Counted from the stretch's first letter, positions 9,404 to 17,105 are shown. The stretch: DNA of 25,485 bases from an uncultured archaeon (GCA_964463155.1 CAYXAY010000008.1:1-25485), one strand, 5' to 3'. The notes: generated from the sequence alone by a model not told the origin. Program-made: numbers and translations.

Positions 9404-9850
9404 TTAATCACATTTTATTTTTCCGGAAACATCTTTTACGCAAGTTATCTTTTCTCCGCAGCCGATAATGTTTGGAAGAATGAATTCTCTGTTAGTAATT
9501 GTTAAGTTAATTGTTGTGTAAACATTTGAATAGTTGGATTGTACAATCATTTTTTGTGTAGAAAGATTGATATCTACAAAACAAACTACCATCTTACTGG
9601 GTATTGCGATGTTTTGCAGGCGGTATGTTGAATTGTAATTAACTATTTCTGTATCATACAATATTCCTTTTTGATATTCCAAGAACTCATTTAGGGATAA
9701 GCCAATTGTTTGTTCCTGCTCTTTAATCCTGTTTATCTCCAAAGTATATACTGTTTGTTCTGAAAGGTTGTTATAGACATAGATAAACGTTATTAAGAAT
9801 ATAAGTATTATTAGAATCTCTATTGATAATTGACCATTTTTGCTGAACAT
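9404..9850 (-). CDS. Class III signal peptide (type IV pilin-like, DUF361-like N-terminus) secreted protein
   Basis: 'MFSKNG|QLSIEILIILIFLITFIYVY' contains Q-x-S-x-E with Glu at +5, as in QxSxExxxL-type archaeal prepilin signals. The mature part has 4 Cys. Confidence 0.65.
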   Translation of the reverse strand: MFSKNGQLSIEILIILIFLITFIYVYNNLSEQTVYTLEINRIKEQEQTIGLSLNEFLEYQKGILYDTEIVNYNSTYRLQNIAIPSKMVVCFVDINLSTQKMIVQSNYSNVYTTINLTITNREFILPNIIGCGEKITCVKDVSGKIKCD

Positions 9851-9905
9851 ATATTTAAAAGAATAAAAGAAATAGTTTTTAAAAGCTTGTTTTTAAAAAA
9901 AGAAA

Positions 9906-10175
9906 TTAGATAAGGGTTGTTGCAATAACCTCTATCTCGTTAACGCCAGGAATTGCCCTTAGATAGTTTTCGATCTTGTCAAGAAGTCCGTCAACCTTGT
10001 CAGAAAAGACATATGATGCTTTTACAACACTAAGACCAAAACCAATTGGTTCTAAATCAACTGTGTTTAATCTAAACTCTTCTCCTGGAGAATTGTTTTT
10101 TATATATTCAGAAATCTTTTCTGTATCCTCAATCTCTACAGGAAATAATTTGTAGACAGTAAGAATGTCGCCCAT
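9906..10175 (-). CDS. ef1b: Translation elongation factor aEF-1 beta
   Basis: 89 aa, the typical length. 'VYKLFPVE...LEPIGFGLSVVKASYVFSD...IEVIATTLI' matches archaeal EF-1beta. Confidence 0.85.
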   Translation of the reverse strand: MGDILTVYKLFPVEIEDTEKISEYIKNNSPGEEFRLNTVDLEPIGFGLSVVKASYVFSDKVDGLLDKIENYLRAIPGVNEIEVIATTLI

Positions 10176-10187
10176 AAATATTCACAT

Positions 10188-10343
10188 TTAAGGGCCAATA
10201 AACCCACATTCTTTACATCTGTATGTCTTTGATGTTGCTTTACATCTTGTACATCTGATTATCTTGTTTTTGCTACAAGATGGGCATTTAAACTGCACAT
10301 AGTTGATTGTAACCTCTTTGTTACAGCTTGTACATTTTTCCAT
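10188..10343 (-). CDS. Zn-ribbon protein (COG2888-type, usually adjacent to aEF-1beta)
   Basis: 51-aa ORF, below the ORF-track cutoff: MEKCTSCNKEVTINYVQFKCPSCSKNKIIRCTRCKATSKTYRCKECGFIGP. It has four CxxC pairs and lies 12 nt upstream of ef1b on the same strand. Confidence 0.75.
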   Translation of the reverse strand: MEKCTSCNKEVTINYVQFKCPSCSKNKIIRCTRCKATSKTYRCKECGFIGP

Positions 10344-10396
10344 TATTTAACACTCCTTAAACTTAAAAAACGAATACTTAAAAGTATTACTTATAC

Positions 10397-10404
10397 TATA
10401 AATA
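10397..10404 (+). promoter_or_regulatory. TATA box for tRNA-Arg
   Basis: TATAAATA is centred about 29 nt upstream of tRNA position 1 (10430), the canonical archaeal spacing. Confidence 0.4.
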
Positions 10405-10429
10405 TTATAGAAAGAAAAACAATATAAAT

Positions 10430-10503
10430 GGGTTTGTAGCATAGCCTGGATAGTGCAGCTGGCTTCGGACCTGCTGACGGGGGTTCAAATCCTCCCAAAC
10501 CCA
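10430..10503 (+). tRNA. tRNA-Arg (anticodon TCG)
   Basis: Hand-folded cloverleaf. Acceptor GGGTTTG/CAAACCC (7 bp). D-stem GCAT/GTGC with a GG-containing loop. Anticodon stem GCTGG/CCTGC has one U-U mismatch. Anticodon loop is CT-TCG-GA (anticodon 10465-10467). T-arm GGGGG-TTCAAAT-CCTCC. Discriminator A. No encoded CCA and no intron. Confidence 0.85.
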
Positions 10504-10523
10504 AATATTTAGAGGAAAAGATA

Positions 10524-10766
10524 ATGGCAATTACAAAGACATTAAAAACCGGAAGAAACCTACAAAAAATAGGGGCCCATATACTAGATTAAAAGAAAGA
10601 TTAGAAAAAAATTTGCAAGATGCTGATTTAGATGTTTCTATTAATTATAAAGGCAATTTAGAGAGAGATAAAAAAAGTTGTTGATGTTCAGAAATTAAAA
10701 CGAAAAGTTGTTTCTGATTATAAAGTATATAGAGAAATTCAAAAAATATTATCAGACATCCCGTAA
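10524..10766 (+). pseudogene. Frameshifted small ORF (element-derived gene remnant?)
   Basis: ATG at 10524 gives 'MAITKTLK...' and stops at 10590. A second frame reads '...NRGPYTRLKERLEKNLQDADLDVSINYKGNLERDKK' (stop 10682-10684). The first frame resumes as 'KVVDVQKLKRKVVSDYKVYREIQKILSDIP*' (stop 10764-10766). The second shift coincides with an A7 run (10670-10676). Confidence 0.4.
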
Positions 10767-10768
10767 AT

Positions 10769-11083
10769 ATGCTTGATATCTTTTCCAAAAAATCACATCT
10801 TAGGAATGCGGAGTTTGTTTTTTTTTGACAGAGAAGCTTTAACCTACACGTTTGTATCTAAAGAAATTTGTAGTCAATATGGTTTAGAAAAGAACAGTTT
10901 AAACAGTTAGATCTTAGCAAAAAGGCAGAATAACAGATTGATGCATCATTAAAGATGGATCCTATAGAGTATAGGGGGATAGATGTTAATGATAGAAATA
11001 CAAATAATGTAATTAAGAAAATGCCAAATGCCAGGAAAAAAAACATAAAAAAAATTATTTTCAACAAATATAAATATGAATAG
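10769..11083 (+). pseudogene. Frameshifted / stop-interrupted ORF (possible HTH-like protein remnant)
   Basis: ATG at 10769 gives 'MLDIFSKKSHLRNAEFVFF', stopping at TGA 10826-10828 at the end of a T9 run (10818-10826). The next frame reads 'DREALTYTFVSKEICSQYGLEKNSLNS*' (TAG 10908-10910). The original frame resumes as 'QLDLSKKAE*' (TAA 10931-10933), then 'QIDASLKMDPIEYRGIDVNDRNTNNVIKKMPNARKKNIKKIIFNKYKYE*' (TAG 11081-11083). Confidence 0.4.
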
Positions 11084-11309
11084 GTCTGTTGTGGTTATTG
11101 ATAGCGGTTTTACTGACCCATCAGTAAAAAGAACAAAATTCGTATTGAAATTAATTAACTCAAATATTAAACTTTATTCTGCTATGTTTTTTGCAACGCC
11201 GTTTGCAAAAGAAAAACTAGATTATTTTTTTGGTAAAGACAATCAAGAAAATAAGTTCTTGATATCTAGTGTTGAAGACCCCCCAAAACACACAGGTAAA
11301 CTATTGTAA
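11076..11309 (+). CDS. Hypothetical protein (77 aa)
   Basis: Intact ATG-initiated ORF 'MNRSVVVIDSGFTDPSVKRTKFVLK...'. Its start overlaps the end of the preceding broken frame. The same frame continues to about 11468, interrupted only by TAA codons. I recognise no family. Confidence 0.35.
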   Translation: MNRSVVVIDSGFTDPSVKRTKFVLKLINSNIKLYSAMFFATPFAKEKLDYFFGKDNQENKFLISSVEDPPKHTGKLL

Positions 11310-11481
11310 ATTGAGCCTGTTGGCAAAAGATTATAATTAAGAAGAAAAACTCCAACTAGGCAATCTGATTTTGTTGGAGGAGCTGCTGATCCTGTTGGTG
11401 CATAAATTTACATGATTGCTCTAAGAAACCAGCTTGCAAGATGTAAGAAAGAAAAAGGAATAGAATAAGAGAAAGAAAACC

Positions 11482-12873
11482 TTACAAGAAGTTTTCCTTT
11501 GGATAGAAAAAGTCTGTAAAGTATGGCATGATGTCTGTGTTCTTTGTGTATAGCTTTATTATATCTTGTTCAACATAGATTTCGCATTTGATATCAAAGT
11601 TGTTGTTTGAAAAATCCTCAATAATGTCTTTGATATCTGTAAATCTTCTCGCCTTAACACAATACCATCTGTCGTCTTTGACAAAGGGGCCATAGATGGC
11701 TTTTGAATTGTCAATAAATTTCTGAGAATTGGTCATGTCACTAACAAATGGACCTATTGCTTTTTCAAACTTTGGAAGAACAAGCAGATCTGTCATAAAG
11801 ATGATGTAAGCATACTTTGATTTTTCCTCATGATAAATGCTTGACTTAAGTATTGTAAGCTTTTGTGACTCTAAATAATTGATTAGTTTTGTTGAAAACT
11901 TTCTTAATTTAGACCAAACAATATCTTTTAGCATTCCTTCAACCTCAAACTCTATTGTCACCAATGGAACATTGTTTACCCAGGTTACCAATTGATGATA
12001 GGTCTGTGGCTTTGTATTGTTTATAAAAAAATCAGTCGTTGGTTTCGCAAGAAATGAACGAGATGCTGCAATAAACCTTGATAATGTTGTTATGCTTACT
12101 GCGCTTGCAACATTTCTTTTCTTATCAACTGGATCAATCACAACAAGGGCGTCATTAAATGGAGAAAGGTAGTCTATGTCTTCTTTGGAAAACACAATCC
12201 TTACTGGGGTTTGCCAGTTTGCTGTTTTTTCAAGAGTTTTTATAAAGTCTCCATAATAAAGAATCAATAATTCACAAAGATAGCCAGAAAAACCTTGGTA
12301 TTGCGGGTCCGCTCCATAACAACCAATCTGCTTTAAGAAATACTTTAATAACCTAACATCATCCTTTTGTGAATCCTTTAGGTTTTTTAGAACATAACTT
12401 TGGTGAAAAGGTGTTCTATCAACTGAAGACATCATCTCGTCTGTTGAATCAATCTTGTAGGCTGGAACCAAATCTATCCTATAACCGTCAATTACTCCCC
12501 TGACATATGGGTGTTCAGAATAAACCTTTTCTGAGAAATAACCTTTAAAGAAATTTACTCCAAATTCTAGTGCTTCTTTTGTGAATTCTTCTTTTGAAAT
12601 GTCTTTTGGATAAAGGACAAAGATATCAATGTCCTTTGTTTCCTTTAAATTTGTGTTTCTTGCAGCAGAGCCCGCAAGTATAACATCAAGATGTCTTCCA
12701 GATAGGTTTTTTGCTTTTTTTACTAACGTTTCTGTAAAGTCTTTTTCTTTTAATATCTGGGTATCTGTTGGTTTGATTACTCCAAGAATCTTCTTTTTTG
12801 TTTCTTTATAAGTGTCTATTTTTGATTTATCTATTCCTACATACATAAAAATCGCGTTCCTTTTTCTTAACAT
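11482..12873 (-). CDS. cca: CCA-adding enzyme (archaeal class I tRNA nucleotidyltransferase)
   Basis: 'LAGSAARNTNLKETKDIDIFVLYP' is the class I nucleotidyltransferase G-S...D-x-D motif. Length is about 460 aa. The start is ambiguous: TTG 12888 (track), ATG 12873 or ATG 12846. Confidence 0.85.
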   Translation of the reverse strand: MLRKRNAIFMYVGIDKSKIDTYKETKKKILGVIKPTDTQILKEKDFTETLVKKAKNLSGRHLDVILAGSAARNTNLKETKDIDIFVLYPKDISKEEFTKEALEFGVNFFKGYFSEKVYSEHPYVRGVIDGYRIDLVPAYKIDSTDEMMSSVDRTPFHQSYVLKNLKDSQKDDVRLLKYFLKQIGCYGADPQYQGFSGYLCELLILYYGDFIKTLEKTANWQTPVRIVFSKEDIDYLSPFNDALVVIDPVDKKRNVASAVSITTLSRFIAASRSFLAKPTTDFFINNTKPQTYHQLVTWVNNVPLVTIEFEVEGMLKDIVWSKLRKFSTKLINYLESQKLTILKSSIYHEEKSKYAYIIFMTDLLVLPKFEKAIGPFVSDMTNSQKFIDNSKAIYGPFVKDDRWYCVKARRFTDIKDIIEDFSNNNFDIKCEIYVEQDIIKLYTKNTDIMPYFTDFFYPKENFL

Positions 12874-12949
12874 ATAAATTAATAACAAAGCTATTATAAA
12901 CCTAATCCAAGCTCTATGTTTTTAAGAATTATGTAGTTAATATTTACTT

Positions 12950-13930
12950 ATGTCACTTAAAAAAATAATCATTGAAGAAATAAAAAACGCAAAAACAGAT
13001 ATCATTAGTCCTGTTGCTGTGCAGATACCTGAAGGACTTAAGCAGTTCTCCACTTTGATTTTAGAGGAACTAAAAGATCTTGATCCGATATTGTTTGTTG
13101 ACCCTTGCCATGGCGTTTGCGACTTAAGGTTTTTAGAAGCTAAAGACATGGGTTGTAAGACCTTGCTTCATTTTGGACATAGGTCACTTCCGCAATTAAA
13201 GGTTTTAAAAAGCATAAAGGTTATTTGTGTTCCATTGAATTTTGAATATCCAAAAAAACAGATTGATTATGTTGTTAAGGAGATAGAAAAGCACAACCTA
13301 AAGAAGATATCTCTTATAACGACTGTTCAGTATCTTTCAAACATTGTTAGAATAAAAGAAAGACTAAAAGACAAAGGGATAGAAGTAATTGACTCTATAA
13401 AAACAAATAGGCTTCAAAAACATCAAATACTTGGCTGTGATTGTTCTAATCTTATTGATAATTCATCCCCCATTGTCTTTATTGGAGACGGATGGTTTCA
13501 TATTAACAATGTATCTTACAACCACAGAAAACAAGATATCTACCTTATCAACCCACTTATTGGTCGAGTAGAAAAGATAATTTTTGATGAGAAATTTATT
13601 AGACAAAGATATGCTGCAATTGCTAGGGCTTTGGAATGTAAAAGCTTTGGAATTTTAGTAAGTAGTAAGCCAGGACAGAAAAGAATAAAGCTTGCAAAAA
13701 AGATAAAGACTTTATTGGAAAAGAAAGGGAAAATTGCACATATTCTTGTTAGCGACTATATTAATGAGAATTATCTTCTTGGAATTGATGTTGATTGTTA
13801 TGTTAACACTGCTTGTCCAAGGATCGCCTATGATGATTTTTCAAGCTTTAAAAAGCCAATAATCTCTACTACAGAAATTGAACAATTATTTGATATAAAA
13901 AAAGAAATAAAAATAGACCAAATAAATTAG
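12950..13930 (+). CDS. dph2: Diphthamide synthesis protein Dph2 (2-(3-amino-3-carboxypropyl)histidine synthase)
   Basis: 326 aa. The N-terminus 'AVQIPEGLKQFS...' and conserved Cys contexts ('DPCHGVCD', 'LGCDCS', 'NTACPRIAYDD') are typical of archaeal Dph2. Confidence 0.8.
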   Translation: MSLKKIIIEEIKNAKTDIISPVAVQIPEGLKQFSTLILEELKDLDPILFVDPCHGVCDLRFLEAKDMGCKTLLHFGHRSLPQLKVLKSIKVICVPLNFEYPKKQIDYVVKEIEKHNLKKISLITTVQYLSNIVRIKERLKDKGIEVIDSIKTNRLQKHQILGCDCSNLIDNSSPIVFIGDGWFHINNVSYNHRKQDIYLINPLIGRVEKIIFDEKFIRQRYAAIARALECKSFGILVSSKPGQKRIKLAKKIKTLLEKKGKIAHILVSDYINENYLLGIDVDCYVNTACPRIAYDDFSSFKKPIISTTEIEQLFDIKKEIKIDQIN

Positions 13931-14685
13931 TTATTTGTGTCTGAAACATTATTCTCTTTTGGCTCTTGAGGCTGATTAGCTTGGATGTCTCCAATCTTTT
14001 TCTTGAATGCCTCTACCTTTGAAAGTCTTTTTTCTATATCCAAAAATCTGGACTTAAGCAAAAGATAAGAAGAAGTTAGCATATTATCTTTTGTTTTTGG
14101 CTTTATTATTATTTTTTTATCTAAAGGATAGATGTTTACGGTTGGCTCTTTAAGCTTGTTGTTTGGATAATCTATTTGTATTGTTGTTTCTAAGTCTTTT
14201 ATTTTAGATATACAATCCTCTGCGTTAAGGTCTTTATTTGTGTAGACGTCTCCAAGATTGCTTGAGCAATATATTAGTTGTCCTTTTTCATTTAGGACAT
14301 TTATAAATATTGTAACGGTCTTGTTTTCTGTTGCAAGAATTGTTGTGAGCAGCACTACTGAATCTGTTACTGCTTCAGCACTATTTGAGTCAGTTGTGCT
14401 TGTGTTTGCAATAATTGAGACGCTATTGTTGTCAATAACTATTTTTATGGCGTCCCTTATCGGCATATCTTTAGAATTAAATACAATTCCTGATTCTGTT
14501 TCAGAAAAATCAAACCTTGTGTTTTGATAGTAACTGTGTGACTTGTAGGCAATAAATGCAAATATCAATAACAACAAAAAGACTACAACAATATTTGAAA
14601 TCTTTTTGTTTGCTTTTTTTAGGTCTGCTTTTTTGGTAATCTCTCTAACGCTTTGAACTTGTGCTGCTTGAAGTGCCTTTACCAT
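13927..14685 (-). CDS. Hypothetical single-pass membrane protein
   Basis: Basic N-terminus, then one TM helix 'IVVVFLLLLIFAFIAY', then an approximately 200-aa S/T/N-rich domain. Its start overlaps the upstream kinase stop by 7 nt (ATGGTAA). I recognise no family. Confidence 0.55.
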   Translation of the reverse strand: MVKALQAAQVQSVREITKKADLKKANKKISNIVVVFLLLLIFAFIAYKSHSYYQNTRFDFSETESGIVFNSKDMPIRDAIKIVIDNNSVSIIANTSTTDSNSAEAVTDSVVLLTTILATENKTVTIFINVLNEKGQLIYCSSNLGDVYTNKDLNAEDCISKIKDLETTIQIDYPNNKLKEPTVNIYPLDKKIIIKPKTKDNMLTSSYLLLKSRFLDIEKRLSKVEAFKKKIGDIQANQPQEPKENNVSDTNN

Positions 14686-15167
14686 AATTTCTCACTTGTT
14701 TTTTTAAGGTTTTGTTCTAGATTGTTGGTTGTGTTTATTATTGTAAATTTTATTTTCTTCTTTTTTAATAATTCTGGAATATAGTCGTTCTCCTGGCAGA
14801 AAAGGTTTTCTTCAATCTTTATAAGTCTGTATTTTCTTTTCTCCATTCTTTGCCTTATTATCTTTGGCTCTGCTTTTAGGATTATTATTTTGTCAAAAAG
14901 TTTAAGGTTTTCATTTGAAAGCTCGCACCATAAATGGCCATCAAAGATAATGTTGTCTTTTGATTTTAATTCTTTTTTTGCGCTTTGGTTTAATTTCAAA
15001 AGACTTACAAAATATTCCTTGTGGTCATCAACCATTTCATAGTTTCCAAGATTGTTCTTTTTTGAGAAACTCTTGTCATTAATCACTTTGTATTTTTTTT
15101 CTTTTCCTAGTGCTTTAGAAATTTCGGATTTTCCAACACAAGGAACCCCACAAATTAATATCTTCAT
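14679..15167 (-). CDS. Fap7/AK6-like P-loop nucleotide kinase (putative adenylate kinase, small-subunit rRNA maturation)
   Basis: 162 aa. Walker A 'GVPCVGKS', plus 'IIFDGHLWCEL' and 'IIILKAEPKIIRQRMEKRKY...IEENLFCQ', follows the COG1936 (Fap7-type) layout. Confidence 0.6.
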   Translation of the reverse strand: MKILICGVPCVGKSEISKALGKEKKYKVINDKSFSKKNNLGNYEMVDDHKEYFVSLLKLNQSAKKELKSKDNIIFDGHLWCELSNENLKLFDKIIILKAEPKIIRQRMEKRKYRLIKIEENLFCQENDYIPELLKKKKIKFTIINTTNNLEQNLKKTSEKLW

Positions 15168-15170
15168 AAT

Positions 15171-17057
15171 CTATCTTAACCTTGTGCTTTCTAGGTTCTG
15201 GATTGACTTTGCATCAACTCCATATTTTCTGCCAACATAGCTTGCAAACTCTTGACAGGAATCTCCGTGGTTAATCAGGATCGTTTTTGGCATTGGCTTT
15301 AGGACATTTAAAAAATTTAAAAGTTCTGCTCTGTATGAGTGACCACTAAAAGAATCTGCTGTTTCTATTCTTAGATTAATGTCAAGGTTTTTGTTTTTTC
15401 CATCCTCAACAATTGGCATGGACTTTAGACCTTTTTGTATCTTGTAACCAAGAGTGTTTCTTGCTTGGTACCCAACAAATACCAAGGTGTTGTTAGGGTC
15501 GCTTGCATATTTTTGGAAATATCTTAAAGACGGCCCGCCGGTTAGCATACCTGAAGACGCAACAATTACTGTTCCTGGAGTTATTAGCTCTTCGCCTTCT
15601 TTTGCGTCATCAACTGTAACAAAGATATCTGAAAGGAAAGGAGAATTGTTCTGTAAAACTCTTGTTTTTATGTTTTTCTTTAAGTATTCTGGATAAACTG
15701 TATGTATTGCTGAAGCTTGTCTTGTCATGCCGTCTACTAGAATCTTTGAGCCCTTTAGCTTGCCTTGCCTATAATATTCCTCAAGGATTAGCATTGCTTC
15801 TTGGGCTCTTCCAACAGAAAAAACTGGAATTAAAGTTATTCCTCCCTTTTCTATGGTCTCGTTAATAACATCAATCAAATGAGTCTCTGAATGCATTCTT
15901 GATGGAGTTGTGTCTTTTCCACCATAAGTGCTTTCCATAATCATTGATTCAAGTCTTGGATAATTAATATCCAGGTTATTGAATAATCTTGTAAAGCCAA
16001 ACTTGAAGTCTCCTGTATAGACTAGGTTTTGCTTTCCTTCGCCTATGTGAAGATGAACAGAAGCTGAACCAAGGATATGAGCAGCATCGTGAAATGTTAA
16101 TCTTATTCCGGGAGCGATGTCTGTTACTTCTCTGTAGTCTCTTGTTATTGTGTGCTTGATTACCTCTTTAACATGCTCTTCAAGGTATGGCGGGTCTCTT
16201 CCACTTTTTACTGCAACATTAATCAAATCAAATTGAAGTAAAGCCATTAAATCCCTTGTTGGCTCTGTACAATAAACTGGGCCATCATAGCCTGCTTTAA
16301 ACAAGTATGGTAGAAAACCGCAGTGGTCAAGATGTGCATGGCCAATTATTACTGCATCAAGTTCATCTAATGGAAATCTTAAAACATCAAAGTAAGGAAC
16401 TTCTTCATTTTTGTCTGAAGTATTAAGACCACAATCAAGAAGTATCTTTGTGTCAGGAGTCTCAAGTAGAACACAGCTTCTTCCAACTTCTCTAAAACCA
16501 CCAAGAGCAGTTACTCTTATCCAGTCATTACTGCTTACTGGTTTACTGTATATTGTGTTTGCTACATTTTTTAAGAAAGTTTTTCTTTCTGAACTGTTTT
16601 TTAAAAGTATCAATCTTATTCTTTTTAGAATCTCTGAAGGCTCTGTTGGTGCTCTTATTATTTTTGGTATCCAACCTGTGCTTTTTATAATCCCTTTTGA
16701 GATTGAGCCTTGTTTACCAATAACAACTCCAGGTTTAATTGCTTCAATTATAACTTCGCTAAAGGAAGTATCAAAGAAAGTGCTTTTGACATCTGCGTCT
16801 TCTGGAATTATTTCTTTAATTATCTTTAGAGCGTGAGCGGGGTCCATTAGAATGCTTTTTTCAGACCTTACATTTATTCTTTTCTTTAATGCTTCTGCTA
16901 GTTCCCCAATGATTGATTTCTCTTCAAAGAAAACTAATGGAGTATCTGTGTAGATTCCAATCTCTGGTCCTTCTGCTTCAACCTTTGAAACATTGATTTT
17001 TTTTTTTGCTAGATATTTCTCTATATAGTCTTTAATTGTTTTAAATTCGTCTTCCAT
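15171..17057 (-). CDS. fttA: aCPSF1 (FttA): KH-domain beta-CASP metallo-beta-lactamase ribonuclease / transcription termination factor
   Basis: 628 aa. N-terminal KH region ('VIGKQGSISKGII'), MBL motif 'HAHLDHCG', beta-CASP region and C-terminal 'INHGD'. Confidence 0.9.
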   Translation of the reverse strand: MEDEFKTIKDYIEKYLAKKKINVSKVEAEGPEIGIYTDTPLVFFEEKSIIGELAEALKKRINVRSEKSILMDPAHALKIIKEIIPEDADVKSTFFDTSFSEVIIEAIKPGVVIGKQGSISKGIIKSTGWIPKIIRAPTEPSEILKRIRLILLKNSSERKTFLKNVANTIYSKPVSSNDWIRVTALGGFREVGRSCVLLETPDTKILLDCGLNTSDKNEEVPYFDVLRFPLDELDAVIIGHAHLDHCGFLPYLFKAGYDGPVYCTEPTRDLMALLQFDLINVAVKSGRDPPYLEEHVKEVIKHTITRDYREVTDIAPGIRLTFHDAAHILGSASVHLHIGEGKQNLVYTGDFKFGFTRLFNNLDINYPRLESMIMESTYGGKDTTPSRMHSETHLIDVINETIEKGGITLIPVFSVGRAQEAMLILEEYYRQGKLKGSKILVDGMTRQASAIHTVYPEYLKKNIKTRVLQNNSPFLSDIFVTVDDAKEGEELITPGTVIVASSGMLTGGPSLRYFQKYASDPNNTLVFVGYQARNTLGYKIQKGLKSMPIVEDGKNKNLDINLRIETADSFSGHSYRAELLNFLNVLKPMPKTILINHGDSCQEFASYVGRKYGVDAKSIQNLESTRLR

Positions 17058-17105
17058 GTTTTTTTCCTGTTTTAAAGAAATTAGTTTTAAATAAAAATAG
17101 AAAAT

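Noticed and set aside
9404-9421. Shared C-terminal '...KCD-stop' in the first pilin-like protein (GKIKCD) and the S8 protease (CYKCD, 23179-23196), considered as a possible sorting or anchoring signal.
   Set aside because: A three-residue match is too short to support a motif, and the other three pilin-like proteins do not end this way.
10858-11067. 69-aa minus-strand ORF with a hydrophobic N-terminus (MLKIIFFMFFFLAFGIFLITLFVF...) in the tRNA-flanking island.
   Set aside because: It is the antisense of an A-rich plus-strand coding remnant, because poly-Phe arises from poly-Lys codons. The plus-strand frames give far more protein-like peptides.
11076-11140. 'VVVIDSGF' in the 77-aa ORF resembles the Asp-box (V-x-V-I-D-[ST]-G) of subtilases. 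A 'DFVGGAADP' stretch further on in the same frame is also subtilase-like.
   Set aside because: The spacing is wrong: about 100 residues where about 25-30 are expected. No His (HGTH) or Ser motif follows. The matches are too short to be meaningful.
11350-11379. Hairpin CTCCAAC-(16 nt)-GTTGGAG with an internal CTGA (D-box-like), considered as a C/D-box sRNA or other ncRNA upstream of the cca 3' end.
   Set aside because: There is no C box (RUGAUGA) or second box pair nearby. A 7-bp stem with a 16-nt loop is weak. It may just be a terminator-like element or chance.
10504-11481. att-type direct repeat of the tRNA-Arg 3' half, which would delimit an integrated element.
   Set aside because: By eye I found no copy of GGTTCAAATCC / CCTCCCAAACCC or a substantial part of it downstream. 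A computational search allowing mismatches is still needed.
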